Assembly (NCBI GenBank): GCA_963706325.1
Contig: CAVPLT010000004.1
Location: 608,001 to 672,000 of the forward strand
DNA length: 64,000 nt
From: an uncultured Nitrospiraceae bacterium
GTDB taxonomy: Bacteria > Nitrospirota > Nitrospiria > Nitrospirales > Nitrospiraceae
Direction of reading: 5' to 3'
Positions 1-11,500 of the stretch are shown here, in pieces (the first letter of the stretch is position 1; the number at the start of each line of letters is the position of its first letter). The notes beneath the pieces were generated by a model, which worked only from the letters and a program-made list of their open reading frames with translations, searched no databases and was not told the DNA's origin. The position numbers were made by a program, and so were the translations under genes.

Positions 1-352
1 CGGCGGCGAGGGTGGTCGTGGCAAAGACGGCGTCCAGGGAGCCGGTGCGCATCAATTCTTCCACGGCAACTTTCCAGGACGGCAGATGTCCGGCATGATG
101 GGCGGCCACGCCGATGCGTTGGACGGTACCGATGAGCGGGTGTTCGGCGATGCTGGGAAATTGTGTCGTCACGTGGTCCAGCACTCCGGCAATTTGTTCT
201 TGCCGAGATTTGGGCAAGACCACTTGGCTGCGCTCGAAGGATTGCATCGCTTCGTCGCAGGCTCGTCTCGAGGTGAGAAAAATAATTGCCGGAGTCAGAT
301 TTTTTTGACGGAGGGTCGCAACCAGATCAACCGGATGGATCGACGGCGGCAT
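1..352 (-). CDS. Ski2/HelY-like SF2 helicase, C-terminal (RecA2) portion; runs off window start
   Basis: Manual translation from ATG at 352: MPPSIHPVDL...PAIIFLTSRRACDEA...GVAAHHAGHLPSWK...VFATTTLAA (SF2 motifs IV-V). Overlaps the glgC 3' end. Not in the ORF track because it is open-ended. Confidence 0.8.
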   Translation of the reverse strand, partial: MPPSIHPVDLVATLRQKNLTPAIIFLTSRRACDEAMQSFERSQVVLPKSRQEQIAGVLDHVTTQFPSIAEHPLIGTVQRIGVAAHHAGHLPSWKVAVEELMRTGSLDAVFATTTLAA

Positions 353-1565
353 GCAGTTTCATTCCCTTTGAGATGACGACGAGGCCGGAATCAGTGACGT
401 TGAAACGTTGGCGGTCAGCGACCGGGTCGAAGCCGATCTCGGTTTTGGGCGGGATGGTGACGTCTTTGTCGATGATCGCGCGACGGATGCGGGCATTCGC
501 GCCGATCACCACATTCTCCATGAGGACAGACTCCCGCACATCAGCATGGTCGTGGACGCGAACGTTCGGGGAAAGCACGGAGTTTTGGACTCGACCGCCT
601 GAGATAATACAGCCTCCGCAGACGATGGAATCCAGCGCCACTCCCATACGGCCGCCCTGGAAGTCCTGGGCGAAGACAAACTTCGCCGGAGGGAATTGGC
701 CTTGATAAGTGCGGATGGGCCATTCCTCGTCATACAGGTTGAACAGCGGATCGACCGCCACGAGGTCCATGTTGGCCTCCCAATAGGCGTCGAGTGTCCC
801 GATGTCGCGCCAGTATTTCACGGCCTTCTTGTTCTCGTCCTGAAATTTAAACGCGTAGACCCGGTTTTCTTTGATCATGCGGGGAATGATATTTTTTCCG
901 AAGTCGTGTTTCGTGCCTTCTTTGGCGTCGCGGATGAGCTGCTCGCGGACGACCTCAGTCCGAAACAAGTAAATGCCCATTGAGACGAATGCCTGTGTCG
1001 GATCGCCGGGAATGTGAGGAGGCTTTTCGGGTTTCTCATCGAAGCGCAGGATTCGCCGATCCTCATCCACCGCAATGACTCCGAAGCGGTTCGCGTCGGC
1101 CAACGGCGTTTCAATCGCGCCGACGATCGCATCCGCCTGCTTCTCGATCATCAGGTTGTACATGTCGGCATAGTTCATCTTGTAGATGTGATCACCGGCC
1201 AGGACCAAAAGAAATTCGGGCAAATCATTGTCGAGCAGGAAGAGATTTTGATACACCGCGTCGGCGGTGCCTCGATACCAATCTTCGCTGATGCGTTGCT
1301 GCGGAGGGATGGATACGATGTATTCGCCCAGCTCGGCGTTGAGAATGTTCCATCCGGTGCGGATGTGACGGTCGAGAGAATGGGACTTGTATTGGATCAG
1401 GACCGAAATCTGGCGCAGACCGGAGTTCAGACAGTTGCTGAGCGTGAAGTCGATGATGCGGTACTTGCCGCCGAATGGAACTGCCGGTTTCGCGCGCTGA
1501 TCCGTCAGGGGATTCAGTCGTTCGCCCTTACCGCCGGCCAGCACCATCGTGAAAATCTTCGCCAT
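327..1565 (-). CDS. glgC: glucose-1-phosphate adenylyltransferase
   Basis: LAGGKGERLNPLT..RAKPAVPFGGKYRIIDF, WYRGTADAV, YWRDIGT; 412 aa. Confidence 0.97.
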   Translation of the reverse strand: MAKIFTMVLAGGKGERLNPLTDQRAKPAVPFGGKYRIIDFTLSNCLNSGLRQISVLIQYKSHSLDRHIRTGWNILNAELGEYIVSIPPQQRISEDWYRGTADAVYQNLFLLDNDLPEFLLVLAGDHIYKMNYADMYNLMIEKQADAIVGAIETPLADANRFGVIAVDEDRRILRFDEKPEKPPHIPGDPTQAFVSMGIYLFRTEVVREQLIRDAKEGTKHDFGKNIIPRMIKENRVYAFKFQDENKKAVKYWRDIGTLDAYWEANMDLVAVDPLFNLYDEEWPIRTYQGQFPPAKFVFAQDFQGGRMGVALDSIVCGGCIISGGRVQNSVLSPNVRVHDHADVRESVLMENVVIGANARIRRAIIDKDVTIPPKTEIGFDPVADRQRFNVTDSGLVVISKGMKLHAAVDPSG

Positions 1566-1696
1566 AGATGAACCGATTGTAGCAGGACGATAGATGAATA
1601 GAAAGGACGCAGAATGTTGACTTCATCTCGAACTCGGACGATACTACAAATCGATGTGCGTGCCCGTCACCGGTCGGTTTCAATGAAGGAGCGGAC

Positions 1697-1975
1697 ATGA
1701 AAAAAACCAGTGGTCGGACGGTGGAAATCAAGTCTGAAACCGAAGCAGCCAATCCCATGATGGAAATGGTCTGGCGGCTCGGACGATTGGAACGGCAGGT
1801 GCAACGACTGTCCGAGTTGGTACGAAATCACGCCGAAGACAATGACCGGTTGGTGCGAATTGTGGCCGAAGATCGAGATGTAATTCGCCGGGAATTGTTG
1901 CGGAAGCATGAACATCGCGTGCGCGTGCGCAAACACTTGCGCGATGTGAGTGCCAAAGTTGGCTTGGAGCATTGA
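1697..1975 (+). CDS. hypothetical coiled-coil protein, 92 aa
   Basis: GAAGGAG RBS upstream; fills the gap before potA. Confidence 0.65.
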   Translation: MKKTSGRTVEIKSETEAANPMMEMVWRLGRLERQVQRLSELVRNHAEDNDRLVRIVAEDRDVIRRELLRKHEHRVRVRKHLRDVSAKVGLEH

Positions 1976-2012
1976 CCTTTTGCCTGCCGGCGCGCAGATG
2001 TGAATCCAGCCC

Positions 2013-3155
2013 TTGATGGCGACGTCTTCCACTCCTCCTTTTTCTGCATCTCGCGGTTCTCTCTCTTCTGCAGTTCCCACGATCGAGATTCGCGGAATCA
2101 TGCGCCGTCACGGCTCTGTCATGGCCGTCAATCAGGTGAGCTTCGATGTTCGCCGTGGTGAGTTCTTCTCTATCCTCGGTCCGAGCGGCGCGGGGAAAAC
2201 CTCGGTGCTGCGCATGCTGGCGGGTTTCGAGGATCCGGACGAGGGCGACCTGCTGATTGACGGGAGCTCGATGCTCGGGGTGCCGCCGAACCGCCGGCCC
2301 GTGAATCTTGTCTTTCAATCATATGCGCTTTTTCCTCATCTGACCGTGCTCGAGAACGTGGCATTCGGCTTGAAGATGCGCCGGATTCCGGCGTCGCACA
2401 TCGCGGAGCAAGCGCACCAGGCTTTGTCGATGGTCAAGTTGCTGGGCAAAGAGACACGTCTGCCTGCACAGCTCTCAGGTGGAGAGCAGCAGCGCGTGGC
2501 GCTGGCTCGTGCCTTGGTGAATAAACCTGCCGTGGTGTTGCTCGATGAACCATTGGCGGCTTTGGATCAGCAACTCAGGCAGGAAATGCAGGTGGAGTTG
2601 AAGTCCATCCAAGAGCAAGCGGGACTGACCTGCGTCTGCGTCACGCATCATCAGGAAGAGGCGATGATGATGTCGGATCGCATTGCGGTGATGCATCAGG
2701 GACGCATGTGGCAGATCGGCCCACCCCGCGAGGTCTATGAGCGACCGTGCAACCTGTTCGTGTCGCGATTTCTCGGCGTGTCGAATGAACTGCCGGGCCG
2801 CATAACAAATAACCTGGGAGAGGAAAGCCTTTTCCAACCTGCGGTCGGGGACCAAGCGCCTTTATTGGTTCGCTTGCCTCCCGGTGAACAGGACGGTCGA
2901 GTCGCGACTTTCTCTCTTCGCCCAGAACAAATTCGGATGAAGCGTGAACGGCCTTCTCCGTCTGATCAGGTGCTGCCGGGCCGGATCGAAAAAGTGCTCT
3001 TCGCGGGAAGCGACACGAAGTATCTGGTTCACGTCGGCCACGATCGCCTGTGGGAAGTCAGGATGACGTCGAGAATACATCCCGCACCCTTCACCGTGGG
3101 GGAGCCCGTTTTCCTCCACTGGACCCTATCTGACGGACAGGTGTTCTTCGAATGA
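2013..3155 (+). CDS. potA: spermidine/putrescine ABC transporter ATPase
   Basis: Walker A GPSGAGKT, VFQSYALFPHL, LSGGEQQR, C-terminal TOBE-like region. Confidence 0.92.
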   Translation: MMATSSTPPFSASRGSLSSAVPTIEIRGIMRRHGSVMAVNQVSFDVRRGEFFSILGPSGAGKTSVLRMLAGFEDPDEGDLLIDGSSMLGVPPNRRPVNLVFQSYALFPHLTVLENVAFGLKMRRIPASHIAEQAHQALSMVKLLGKETRLPAQLSGGEQQRVALARALVNKPAVVLLDEPLAALDQQLRQEMQVELKSIQEQAGLTCVCVTHHQEEAMMMSDRIAVMHQGRMWQIGPPREVYERPCNLFVSRFLGVSNELPGRITNNLGEESLFQPAVGDQAPLLVRLPPGEQDGRVATFSLRPEQIRMKRERPSPSDQVLPGRIEKVLFAGSDTKYLVHVGHDRLWEVRMTSRIHPAPFTVGEPVFLHWTLSDGQVFFE

Positions 3156-4048
3156 CGATGCCGAATCGCGACCTCCGGTCTCGTTCCCCATCGTCGCGCG
3201 CATCCCGCCCCCCCTGGTGGCTCGCTGCTCCGGGCCTCATCTGGATGGCCGTATTTTTTCTGGCGCCGCTCGGGTTGGTCTTTGCGATTAGCTTTGCCTC
3301 GCGGGGCACCTATGGCGGCATTGTCTGGGAATTCACGTCCGCAAACTATCTGGATCTGCTGCACCCGCTATACGGCAAGATTCTCGCGCAGTCCTTGTGG
3401 TACGCGACCCTGACCACTGTCCTGTGTTTCATCTTGGGGTTTCCGCTTGCCTATGTCATTGCCCGCAGCCCGGCGCGCTGGCAGCCGGTCTTTCTGCTCC
3501 TCGTCATGCTCCCCTTCTGGACCAACTTTCTCGTGCGGACCTATGCGTGGATGATTCTCTTGCGCCATGACGGCCTCATCAATCGGGGTTTGATGGCCCT
3601 GGGGGTCTTGGACATTCCGCTGGAACTGCTCTATACGCCGACGGCGGTCGTCATCGGACTGGTCTATGGTTATCTGCCGTTTATGGTGTTGCCGCTCTAT
3701 GTCGCGGTGGAGCGACTGGATCCTCTATTGGTGGAGGCCGCCTGGGATCTCTATGCCTCGCCCTGGGCGGTTTTCACGCGCGTGATACTTCCGCTCACCA
3801 AACCGGGCATCGTGGGCGGTTCCATCCTGGTGTTCATCCCCTCGATCGGCTCATTCATTACGCCCGATCTCCTCGGAGGCGCCCGAACCATGATGATCGG
3901 GAATCTCATTCAACACGAATATCTCGTTGTCAGGGATTGGCCGCTGGGGTCGGCCGTGTCGTTTGTGTTGATGGCGATTGTGATGGCTGCGGTGGGGCTG
4001 TATTACCGGAGTGCCCCCCGGACAGATAGGCCATTGGAGGGACGATGA
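3152..4048 (+). CDS. potB: polyamine ABC permease
   Basis: LPFWTNFLVRTYAW, EAA loop; ATGA overlap with potA. Confidence 0.92.
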   Translation: MTMPNRDLRSRSPSSRASRPPWWLAAPGLIWMAVFFLAPLGLVFAISFASRGTYGGIVWEFTSANYLDLLHPLYGKILAQSLWYATLTTVLCFILGFPLAYVIARSPARWQPVFLLLVMLPFWTNFLVRTYAWMILLRHDGLINRGLMALGVLDIPLELLYTPTAVVIGLVYGYLPFMVLPLYVAVERLDPLLVEAAWDLYASPWAVFTRVILPLTKPGIVGGSILVFIPSIGSFITPDLLGGARTMMIGNLIQHEYLVVRDWPLGSAVSFVLMAIVMAAVGLYYRSAPRTDRPLEGR

Positions 4049-4818
4049 GACGTGGATTAATGGGCCTGAACGCAGTCAGCTTGTTGGCGATGTTGTTTCT
4101 CTATGGACCGATCTTGGTCCTTGTGCTGTACTCGTTTAATGCCGCCCATCTGTCGATGGAATGGCGCGGGGCGACGCTGAAGTGGTACGAGGCTCTCATG
4201 CGCGACGAGGCCTTGCTTGCCGCTGCGGTAAACAGCCTGCTCGTTGCAGTGGTCTCCACGATCGGCGCGACTTGCCTGGGAGGCTTTATCGCGCTGGGGA
4301 TGGATCGCATGTCACAGCGTCGGCAGCAGATCATCGAAGGAGGATTGGTGCTGCCGCTCGTGATTCCCGAAGTGATGATGGGCGTCGCCTTGATGCTGTT
4401 TTTTGTGTTGCTTAAGATGCCGCTTGGTCTCACGACGGTTATCCTTGGACATATCGTGTTCAATATTCCACTGGTCACGATCATGCTGAGGACGCGATTG
4501 CGAAAACTCGATCCCGCACTGAGTGAGGCGGCGATGGATTTGGGCGCTGGTCCCTGGCAAGTCTTTCGTCATATTACGTTACCGTTGTTGCGACCCGCTG
4601 TTTGGGGCGCGATCCTCGTGGCATTCACCGTGTCTCTGGATGATTTCCTGGTGACCTTTTTCACGGCCGGTCCCGGCGCGACGACTCTCCCGCTGAAAGT
4701 CTATTCAATGATCAAATCCGGTGTCACGCCGGAGATCAATGCGCTGTCGGCGCTGTTGCTGGTGATTTCCATGGCCTGTGTCGGTCTGTCTCTGCATCTT
4801 CAGCGGCGCGAGGTGTAA
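4045..4818 (+). CDS. potC: polyamine ABC permease
   Basis: LYGPILVLVLYSFN, EAAMDLGA, SLDDF, TPEINAL. Confidence 0.92.
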   Translation: MRRGLMGLNAVSLLAMLFLYGPILVLVLYSFNAAHLSMEWRGATLKWYEALMRDEALLAAAVNSLLVAVVSTIGATCLGGFIALGMDRMSQRRQQIIEGGLVLPLVIPEVMMGVALMLFFVLLKMPLGLTTVILGHIVFNIPLVTIMLRTRLRKLDPALSEAAMDLGAGPWQVFRHITLPLLRPAVWGAILVAFTVSLDDFLVTFFTAGPGATTLPLKVYSMIKSGVTPEINALSALLLVISMACVGLSLHLQRREV

Positions 4819-5889
4819 GTGTCCGGATGTCCGCCACGCAGGGCATTCTGGTTCGCCTGCCTTGTCGCAGTGGCGGGGCTTATGTCGGCCTGCGGGCAGT
4901 CCCCATCGGCTGACAGTAGGACCTCACGTCCGGTCCTGCACTATTTCACCTGGTCCGACTATGTAGGCCCGGACATCATCCAGGAGTTCGAACGGCGCGA
5001 GCAGGCGAGCGTCGTGATCGACACCTTCAGTAGCAACGAAGAGCTATTGGCCAAACTGCAGAGCGGCGCCACAGGATACGACGTGGTAGTGCCGTCGGAT
5101 TTCATGGTGGCGATCATGATACAGCAAGGCTTACTCAGCGAGTTGGATCAGCAGGAACTGCCCAATGCTGGTGTGCTCGAGCCGCACCTGCAAGGCCTCC
5201 ATTTCGATCCAGAAGGCCGGTATTCGGTGCCCTACCTGTGGGGCACCGTCGGCATCGGGTACGATTCGGCGGTGATTGCTCCCGTGCCGGACAGTTGGTC
5301 GATTTTATGGGACCCGCGCTACAAAGGGCGGATCAGCATGCTGAACGACCAGCGGGAAGTTTTTGGCGCAGTCTTGCGGTCCATGGGGGAGTCCATGAAC
5401 AGCACGGACCCGCACGTCATCGACGCAGCCAAGGATCAGTTGCTGCGTCAGAAGCCCTTGGTAAAGACCTATACGAGCGACCACTACGATCAACTGTTGG
5501 CCTCGGGAGAAGTCCTTCTGGCTCACGGATGGGGAGGACCGATGGCGCGCGCGATGGCTGAGCGGCCATCGATTCGGTATGTGGTGCCGAAAGAGGGGGC
5601 CACCCTATGGGCCGATTGTCTGGTGGTCTTGCGAACGGCGCCTCAAAAACGGCTGGCCATGCGCTTCATCAACTTTTTGATGGAGCCTGAGATTGCCGCG
5701 CGCACCTCTGAACGGTTGCGGTTCGCCTCCGCCTCCCGTGGCGCGCGCAAACTTGTCAGCGCGTCGACAAGAGACAATCCTGCGATCTATCCGCCGGTCG
5801 ACCAGTTGGATCGGTTGGAATGGATGCGGGATGTCGGTCGGGCGATCCGCCTGTACGACCGGGCTTGGACGGAATTGAAGATGCAGTGA
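4819..5889 (+). CDS. potD: polyamine-binding lipoprotein
   Basis: FTWSDY, GYDVVVPSDF, YSVPYLWGTVGI, PKEG; lipobox MSAC. Confidence 0.9.
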   Translation: MSGCPPRRAFWFACLVAVAGLMSACGQSPSADSRTSRPVLHYFTWSDYVGPDIIQEFERREQASVVIDTFSSNEELLAKLQSGATGYDVVVPSDFMVAIMIQQGLLSELDQQELPNAGVLEPHLQGLHFDPEGRYSVPYLWGTVGIGYDSAVIAPVPDSWSILWDPRYKGRISMLNDQREVFGAVLRSMGESMNSTDPHVIDAAKDQLLRQKPLVKTYTSDHYDQLLASGEVLLAHGWGGPMARAMAERPSIRYVVPKEGATLWADCLVVLRTAPQKRLAMRFINFLMEPEIAARTSERLRFASASRGARKLVSASTRDNPAIYPPVDQLDRLEWMRDVGRAIRLYDRAWTELKMQ

Positions 5890-5954
5890 AGCCGTCGACT
5901 TGGTCGTGGTTTCAAATGCCGTGAAGAATCAGTATAATATGCGCCCTATCCTCG

Positions 5955-7328
5955 GTGGTTCGATATTCCTGCACGATGTGTGACGACATGTTCCATGACA
6001 GGGGTGGTGGGCGAGTGGGTCTGCGCCCAGCAACCAGATGCTGGCGCGCCTGGTTCCTGCTGGGCATGGTGGGTCTTCTCCTATGCGGCGGCGGGATGGC
6101 GCAAGCCGCTGAGTCTTTCCCGACCGGTTCACTTCCTCCTCCGGCCGTTCGCCTGAACTTAGGTGAGGCGGTGGCCCTTTTTCTGAAACAGAACCTGGAC
6201 CTGCTGATCGCCAAATATGGGATCGACTTCAGCAGGGGTCAGCAAATTACGGCCAAACTCTTTCCGAATCCCGTGCTGCAGATCGGCACCGTGGCGTCAT
6301 TTACGCAAGGCAATACCCTTTCGAACTCAGGCGCCCTGACGGCTCAAGTGCAGCAACTGTTCGAATTGGCCGGCAAGCGCGGATATCGCATCGAAAGCGC
6401 CGGCTTTGGAGTGCAATCAGTGGAGGCCGATTTCGAGGATGCGGTTCGTCAGTTGGGATTTACGATCAAGGATGTCTACTATCGAGTGCTGGTGGCGCAA
6501 CGCCGGTTGGCGCTGGCTGAGGAAAATCGGGATCGCTTTGCCCGGATTTTAGACGTCAACACCATTCGTTTCAAAAAAGGCTATATCGCTGAAGTGGATC
6601 TGATTCGGATCCGGCTGCAAGTGGTCGACTTTCAATCGCAGGTCATCGAGGCCATCCAAGAAGGCGAATCCGCGAGGGGTGATTTGCGTCAGCTCCTTCG
6701 CCTGTCTCCGGCGACCAAGCTTGAGTTGACGACGGAAATGGACTACCGGCGGGTTGATCCCGACATGGGGAAACTCCGAACCGTGGCGTTGGAAGTTCGG
6801 CCGGACATCAAGAGTAAGCGGGCGACTCTGTCGCAGCGTGAATCGGACTTGAAACTGGCCAAGGCCTTTCGCATCCCGGATGTGACGATCGGCGCCGGAT
6901 ACGCGGTGCAAGGTCCGCGTGGTCCCGACAACCAGCAAATGGGCATTTTGAACCTCGGCGTACCCCTCCCGCTATTCAATCGCAACCAGGGTGGGATCGT
7001 CCAGGCGGAGGTCGGCTTGCAATCGGCGCAGGCTGACCTGGACCGGACGGTGAATCAGGTTGAGAACCAAGTCGATGTGGCCTATCGCAATCTGCTCCAG
7101 AGCCGCCGACTGGTGGAGGCCTACTTGGCCGGCGTCTTGGATGACGCCCGCTCAACGTTTACGATTGTAGAACGCGCCTATGAGCGGGGAGGCGCCACCA
7201 TCCTCGATCTTCTCGATGCGGCTCGCACCTCCCGCACGATTCAACAGAATTTTATCGAGGCTTTGTTTTCCTACCAGCACAACCTGTTCCAACTGGAAAG
7301 TTCAGTCGGGCAGGAGGTGACGTCATGA
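5955..7328 (+). CDS. TolC/CzcC-family outer membrane efflux protein (start uncertain)
   Basis: QLFELAGKR, PLPLFNRNQG, LDLLDA; first gene of a CBA operon. Confidence 0.9.
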   Translation: MVRYSCTMCDDMFHDRGGGRVGLRPATRCWRAWFLLGMVGLLLCGGGMAQAAESFPTGSLPPPAVRLNLGEAVALFLKQNLDLLIAKYGIDFSRGQQITAKLFPNPVLQIGTVASFTQGNTLSNSGALTAQVQQLFELAGKRGYRIESAGFGVQSVEADFEDAVRQLGFTIKDVYYRVLVAQRRLALAEENRDRFARILDVNTIRFKKGYIAEVDLIRIRLQVVDFQSQVIEAIQEGESARGDLRQLLRLSPATKLELTTEMDYRRVDPDMGKLRTVALEVRPDIKSKRATLSQRESDLKLAKAFRIPDVTIGAGYAVQGPRGPDNQQMGILNLGVPLPLFNRNQGGIVQAEVGLQSAQADLDRTVNQVENQVDVAYRNLLQSRRLVEAYLAGVLDDARSTFTIVERAYERGGATILDLLDAARTSRTIQQNFIEALFSYQHNLFQLESSVGQEVTS

Positions 7329-8476
7329 TCGCACCCTTGAAACCGGTTCTCTTGCTGGCCGCCGGCGCGACACTGTGGGCCTGTAGTCAAACCCAAGAGC
7401 CCAATTCGTCTTCCCCTGCAACTTCCTCCAAGACGGTCTCCTCGGCGGAATCAGCCCCTCAGGCGGGCAGTCAGATCGAAACCGCTGTGGTGGACTTCAA
7501 ACCGGTTCAACCCGAATTGGTGTTGGTCGGGAAGGTGGCCTACGGAGAAGATCGCTACTCGAAGATTTCTTCGCCGCTGCAGGGACGGGTGGTGGAGGTG
7601 CGGGCTCGCCTCGGTGATCACGTTGAAGCGGGCGCCACGTTGCTGGTTATCGATAGTTCCGATATCACGGCGGCCTATTCCGAATTCGTGAAGGAAGCCT
7701 CGGAGCTGGAGTATTCAACGCGCGCGCAAGAACTGGCGAAGGAACTGCATGCCACCAAGGCCTTGGCCCTGAAGGATCTGAAACAGGCGGAAAACGACTT
7801 GATTAAGGCGCGCGCAGAATTCAGGCGCGCGAAGGAACGATTGCTGTCGTTGCGTATTCCCGCGTCTGAGTTGGAGAAGCCCCTGGCGCAACAACGCATC
7901 ACCTCGCGCTTTGAGATGAAGAGTCCCTTGACCGGAACCGTAGTCGAGCGAGCCGTCACGCCAGGACAATCCGTCGGAAGCGATGCGAGTCAAGTTTTGT
8001 TCACCGTAGCCGATCTGGATCGCCTGCAGGTCGTCGCCGATGTCTATGAGCGCGATCTGGCTCTGGTCAAGGTGAGCCAAGTCGGGCGGATCAATGTGGA
8101 AGCCTATCCTGGAAAGGACTTTGCGTCCGTGGTGGCTTCTATCGGGGACGTGGTCGATCCCAATACCCGCACAATTAAGGTGCGGGCATGGGTGGACAAT
8201 CTGGAGCAACAGCTCAAACCTGAAATGTTTGCGCGCCTGAAACTGGACATCGGGGACGCCAGCCCCTTCCTGACCATTCCTAAAGAGGCCGTCGTCGAGA
8301 TCGATGGAAAGCATTTCGTCTATGTGGTCGATGCGCCCAATCACTACTTGAAGCGCGAAGTAACGGTTTCCAACGTTTCCAGTGATCAAGTTCGCATTCT
8401 TCAGGGTTTGACCGCCAGTGAGCGAATCGTGACGAAAGGGGCGGTGCTGATCAAAGGCCAAGAGGTCAACGGATGA
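7325..8476 (+). CDS. RND periplasmic adaptor (CzcB-like)
   Basis: Lipoprotein signal, SPLTGTVVER, VDPNTRTIKVR, LKPEMFA. Confidence 0.92.
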   Translation: MIAPLKPVLLLAAGATLWACSQTQEPNSSSPATSSKTVSSAESAPQAGSQIETAVVDFKPVQPELVLVGKVAYGEDRYSKISSPLQGRVVEVRARLGDHVEAGATLLVIDSSDITAAYSEFVKEASELEYSTRAQELAKELHATKALALKDLKQAENDLIKARAEFRRAKERLLSLRIPASELEKPLAQQRITSRFEMKSPLTGTVVERAVTPGQSVGSDASQVLFTVADLDRLQVVADVYERDLALVKVSQVGRINVEAYPGKDFASVVASIGDVVDPNTRTIKVRAWVDNLEQQLKPEMFARLKLDIGDASPFLTIPKEAVVEIDGKHFVYVVDAPNHYLKREVTVSNVSSDQVRILQGLTASERIVTKGAVLIKGQEVNG

Positions 8477-8533
8477 CATGGCGATCGTGAAGATAGCTGC
8501 GACCCGGCAGGGCCGGCACAGGTCACCGGGACG

Positions 8534-11500
8534 ATGATCGTCCGAATTGTCGAGCTCTCGCTCGTTCAGCGGTTTCTCGTCTGCGCGCTCGGATTCAGCC
8601 TCCTCTTCGGGGGCCTCTACGCGTTCCAACAACTCGACATCGTCGCCTATCCCGATCCCTCGCCTCCCATGGTCGAGGTGATCACGCAGTTTCCCGGCTG
8701 GTCCGCGGAAGAAATCGAACGGCAAATCACCATTCCCATCGAAGTGGCCCTCAACGGGGCTCCTGGCCTCACGGATATTCGATCCCTCTCGATTTTCGGC
8801 CTCAGCGACATCAAGGTCTACTTCGATTTCGGGACGCAATATTTCTTCGACCGCCAGGAAGTTATCAATCGTCTTGCGACCATCAGTCTTCCTCAAAACG
8901 TGCAGCCATCCCTTTCGCCCTGGTGGGCGATCGCTGAGATTTATCGCTATGAACTGGCCGGCGAGGGAAAGACGAGCCTGACCGACCTCAAGACGATTCA
9001 AGACTGGCAGCTGCGCCGGGAATTCAGACGGGTACCGGGAGTGATCGATGTGACGGCGTTCGGAGGCACGACGCAGGAGTATCACGTCGATATCGATCCC
9101 GGGAAGTTGATCAGCTACGGCGTCAGCCTGCCTCAGGTCATGGAAGCCCTCACGAACAGCAATGCCAACGTCGGCGGCAACTATCTGACCGTCGGGGCGC
9201 AAAACTATAACATTCGCGGGCTCGGGCTCATCAATGGCCTGGAGGATATTCAGAATGTGATGGTGGCCGAAAAGGAAGGGACCCCTATTTTCGTCAAGAC
9301 GTTGGGGACCGTGTCGGTCGGCCATCGAGTGCGTTTGGGGAAGGTGGGGATCGACGACCACGACGATGTGGTCGAAGGCGTGATTTTGTTGCAGCGTGGG
9401 TATAAAGCCTTGTCGGTGCTGGAACGAGTGCGCGAGAAGGTTGAAGAGTTGAACAAGTGGAAGTTGCCGGAAGGGGTGAAGATCAAGACCTTTTACGATC
9501 GGACCGCGTTGATCCATACCACGGTCGAAACGGTCACCGATATCCTCATCAGCGGCATGGTGCTCGTCTTTCTCATCCTCTTCCTGTTCCTTGGCAATCT
9601 GCGTGCATCGCTCATCGTTGCCCTGACGATTCCGATGTCGCTGCTGTTTACGTTCACGATGATGGTCATGATCGGGCAGTCAGCCAATCTGATCTCTCTC
9701 GGCGCCATCGATTTCGGCATCATTGTGGATGCCACGCTGATTATGGTGGAGAGTATTTTCTTCCACCTCGCCCACGATCGTCGCTTGGGACTGACGGTTC
9801 CGCAGCTGATCGTGCGAGCGTCTCGCCAGGTGGGGCGGCCGATTTTCTTCTCCACCGCGATCATCGTCGTGGCCTTTGTCCCGCTATTCACGATGACCGG
9901 TGTGCCAGGAAAGATTTTTGCCCCCATGTCCATCACGTATGGATTTGCTCTGTTCGGCGCGCTTCTCATGGCCTTTACGCTGGCGCCGGTCCTTTGCTCG
10001 TTGTTCTTAAACGGCGTGGTGAAGGAAGAGGACACGTGGTTCGTTGGCGCGATTCGACGGACCTACCTTGCGGTGTTGCGATGGGCCTTGAACCACAACC
10101 TGAAGGTCATCGGCGTATCCTTACTGCTCCTCGTGATGGCCTTTGGCGCCATGCAGTTTGTGGGAGGAGAGTTTATGCCGGCGTTGGAAGAAGGCAATCT
10201 ATGGGTGCGCGCCACGATGCCGGTGGACATTTCTTTCGACGAGGCCGCCAGATTGACAGGGGAAATCAGGCAGATGTTCCGAGAGTCGCCGGAAGTCGTC
10301 ACGATTGTCTCTCAGCTTGGGAGACCCGACGACGGAACGGATCCCACCAGCTTTTTCAATGCGGAATTTCTTGCCAACCTCAAGCCGCATAAGGAGTGGC
10401 GCACGGGTTTGGACAAGGATCAGCTGGTGGAAGAAATTGAAGCGCGCCTCAAGTCTATCCCCGGCGTGATTTTCAACTTTTCGCAGGTGATTCAGGACAA
10501 CGTGGAAGAAGCCATGTCAGGTGTGAAGGGCGAGAATTCCATCAAGTTATTCGGCACCGATCTGAAAACGATGGAATCGAAAGCGGTCGAAATCGAGTCG
10601 GTCATGAAGGACGTGCGCGGTGTCAAAGACTTAGGGATTTTCCGTTTGGTCGGACAACCCAATCTCCTGATTCAAGTCGATCGGGAAGCGAGCGCCCGGT
10701 ACGGGCTGCGGGTCTCAGACGTCAATGCGGTGGTGCAGGCGGCGGTGGGTGGACAGGCTGTAACCCAGGTTTATGAAGGTGAACGCCTTTTCGACCTCGT
10801 GGTTCGATTCCTGCCCGAGTTCAGGCGGGATGCCGAAGCCATCGGCAATATTTTGGTCAGTACACCCACTGGGGCGCGGATCCCGTTGAAACAGGTTGCG
10901 ACCATCAAGACTCATACCGGCGCCTTCATCATTTATCGAGAAAACAACGAACGGTATATTCCAATCAAATTCAGCGTTCGTGATCGAGATCTAGAAAGCA
11001 CGGTCAAGGAAGCTCAAGGTAAGATGATGACGGCGGTGTCGTTGCCGGAACGCTACCGGATTGAATGGGCGGGCCAATATGATCAACTGACAGCCGAGCA
11101 AAAACGACTGACGATGATTGTGCCGGTGAGCTTGGTTTTTATTCTGTTCTTGCTCTATACGACCTTCAATTCGCTGAAGAATGCGCTGTTGGTGCTGGTC
11201 ACCGTGCCGTTTGCGCTCATCGGCGGCATCTTCTCCCTGGTGTTGACCGGCACGAATTTCAGTATCTCTGCGGCGGTCGGGGTCATCTCGACGCTGGGAG
11301 TGGCGATCCTCGGAGGAGTCCTGTTAATCTCTCGTATCGAGGATTTTCGACGAAGCGGTGTCGAATTACGGGAAGCCGTCCTCAAAGGCGCGGATGTGCA
11401 GATGCGTCCCATACTCATGGCGACGCTTGCCGCCGCCATCGGATTGCTCCCGGCCGCCTTGGCGACCGGGATCGGATCGCAAGCCCAAAAGCCTCTTGCG

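Noticed and set aside
7715..9517. 600-aa minus-strand ORF and similar long antisense ORFs (e.g. 19364-20419, 23393-24346, 46208-47266)
   Set aside because: Shadow frames opposite well-supported genes in GC-rich DNA; no motifs.
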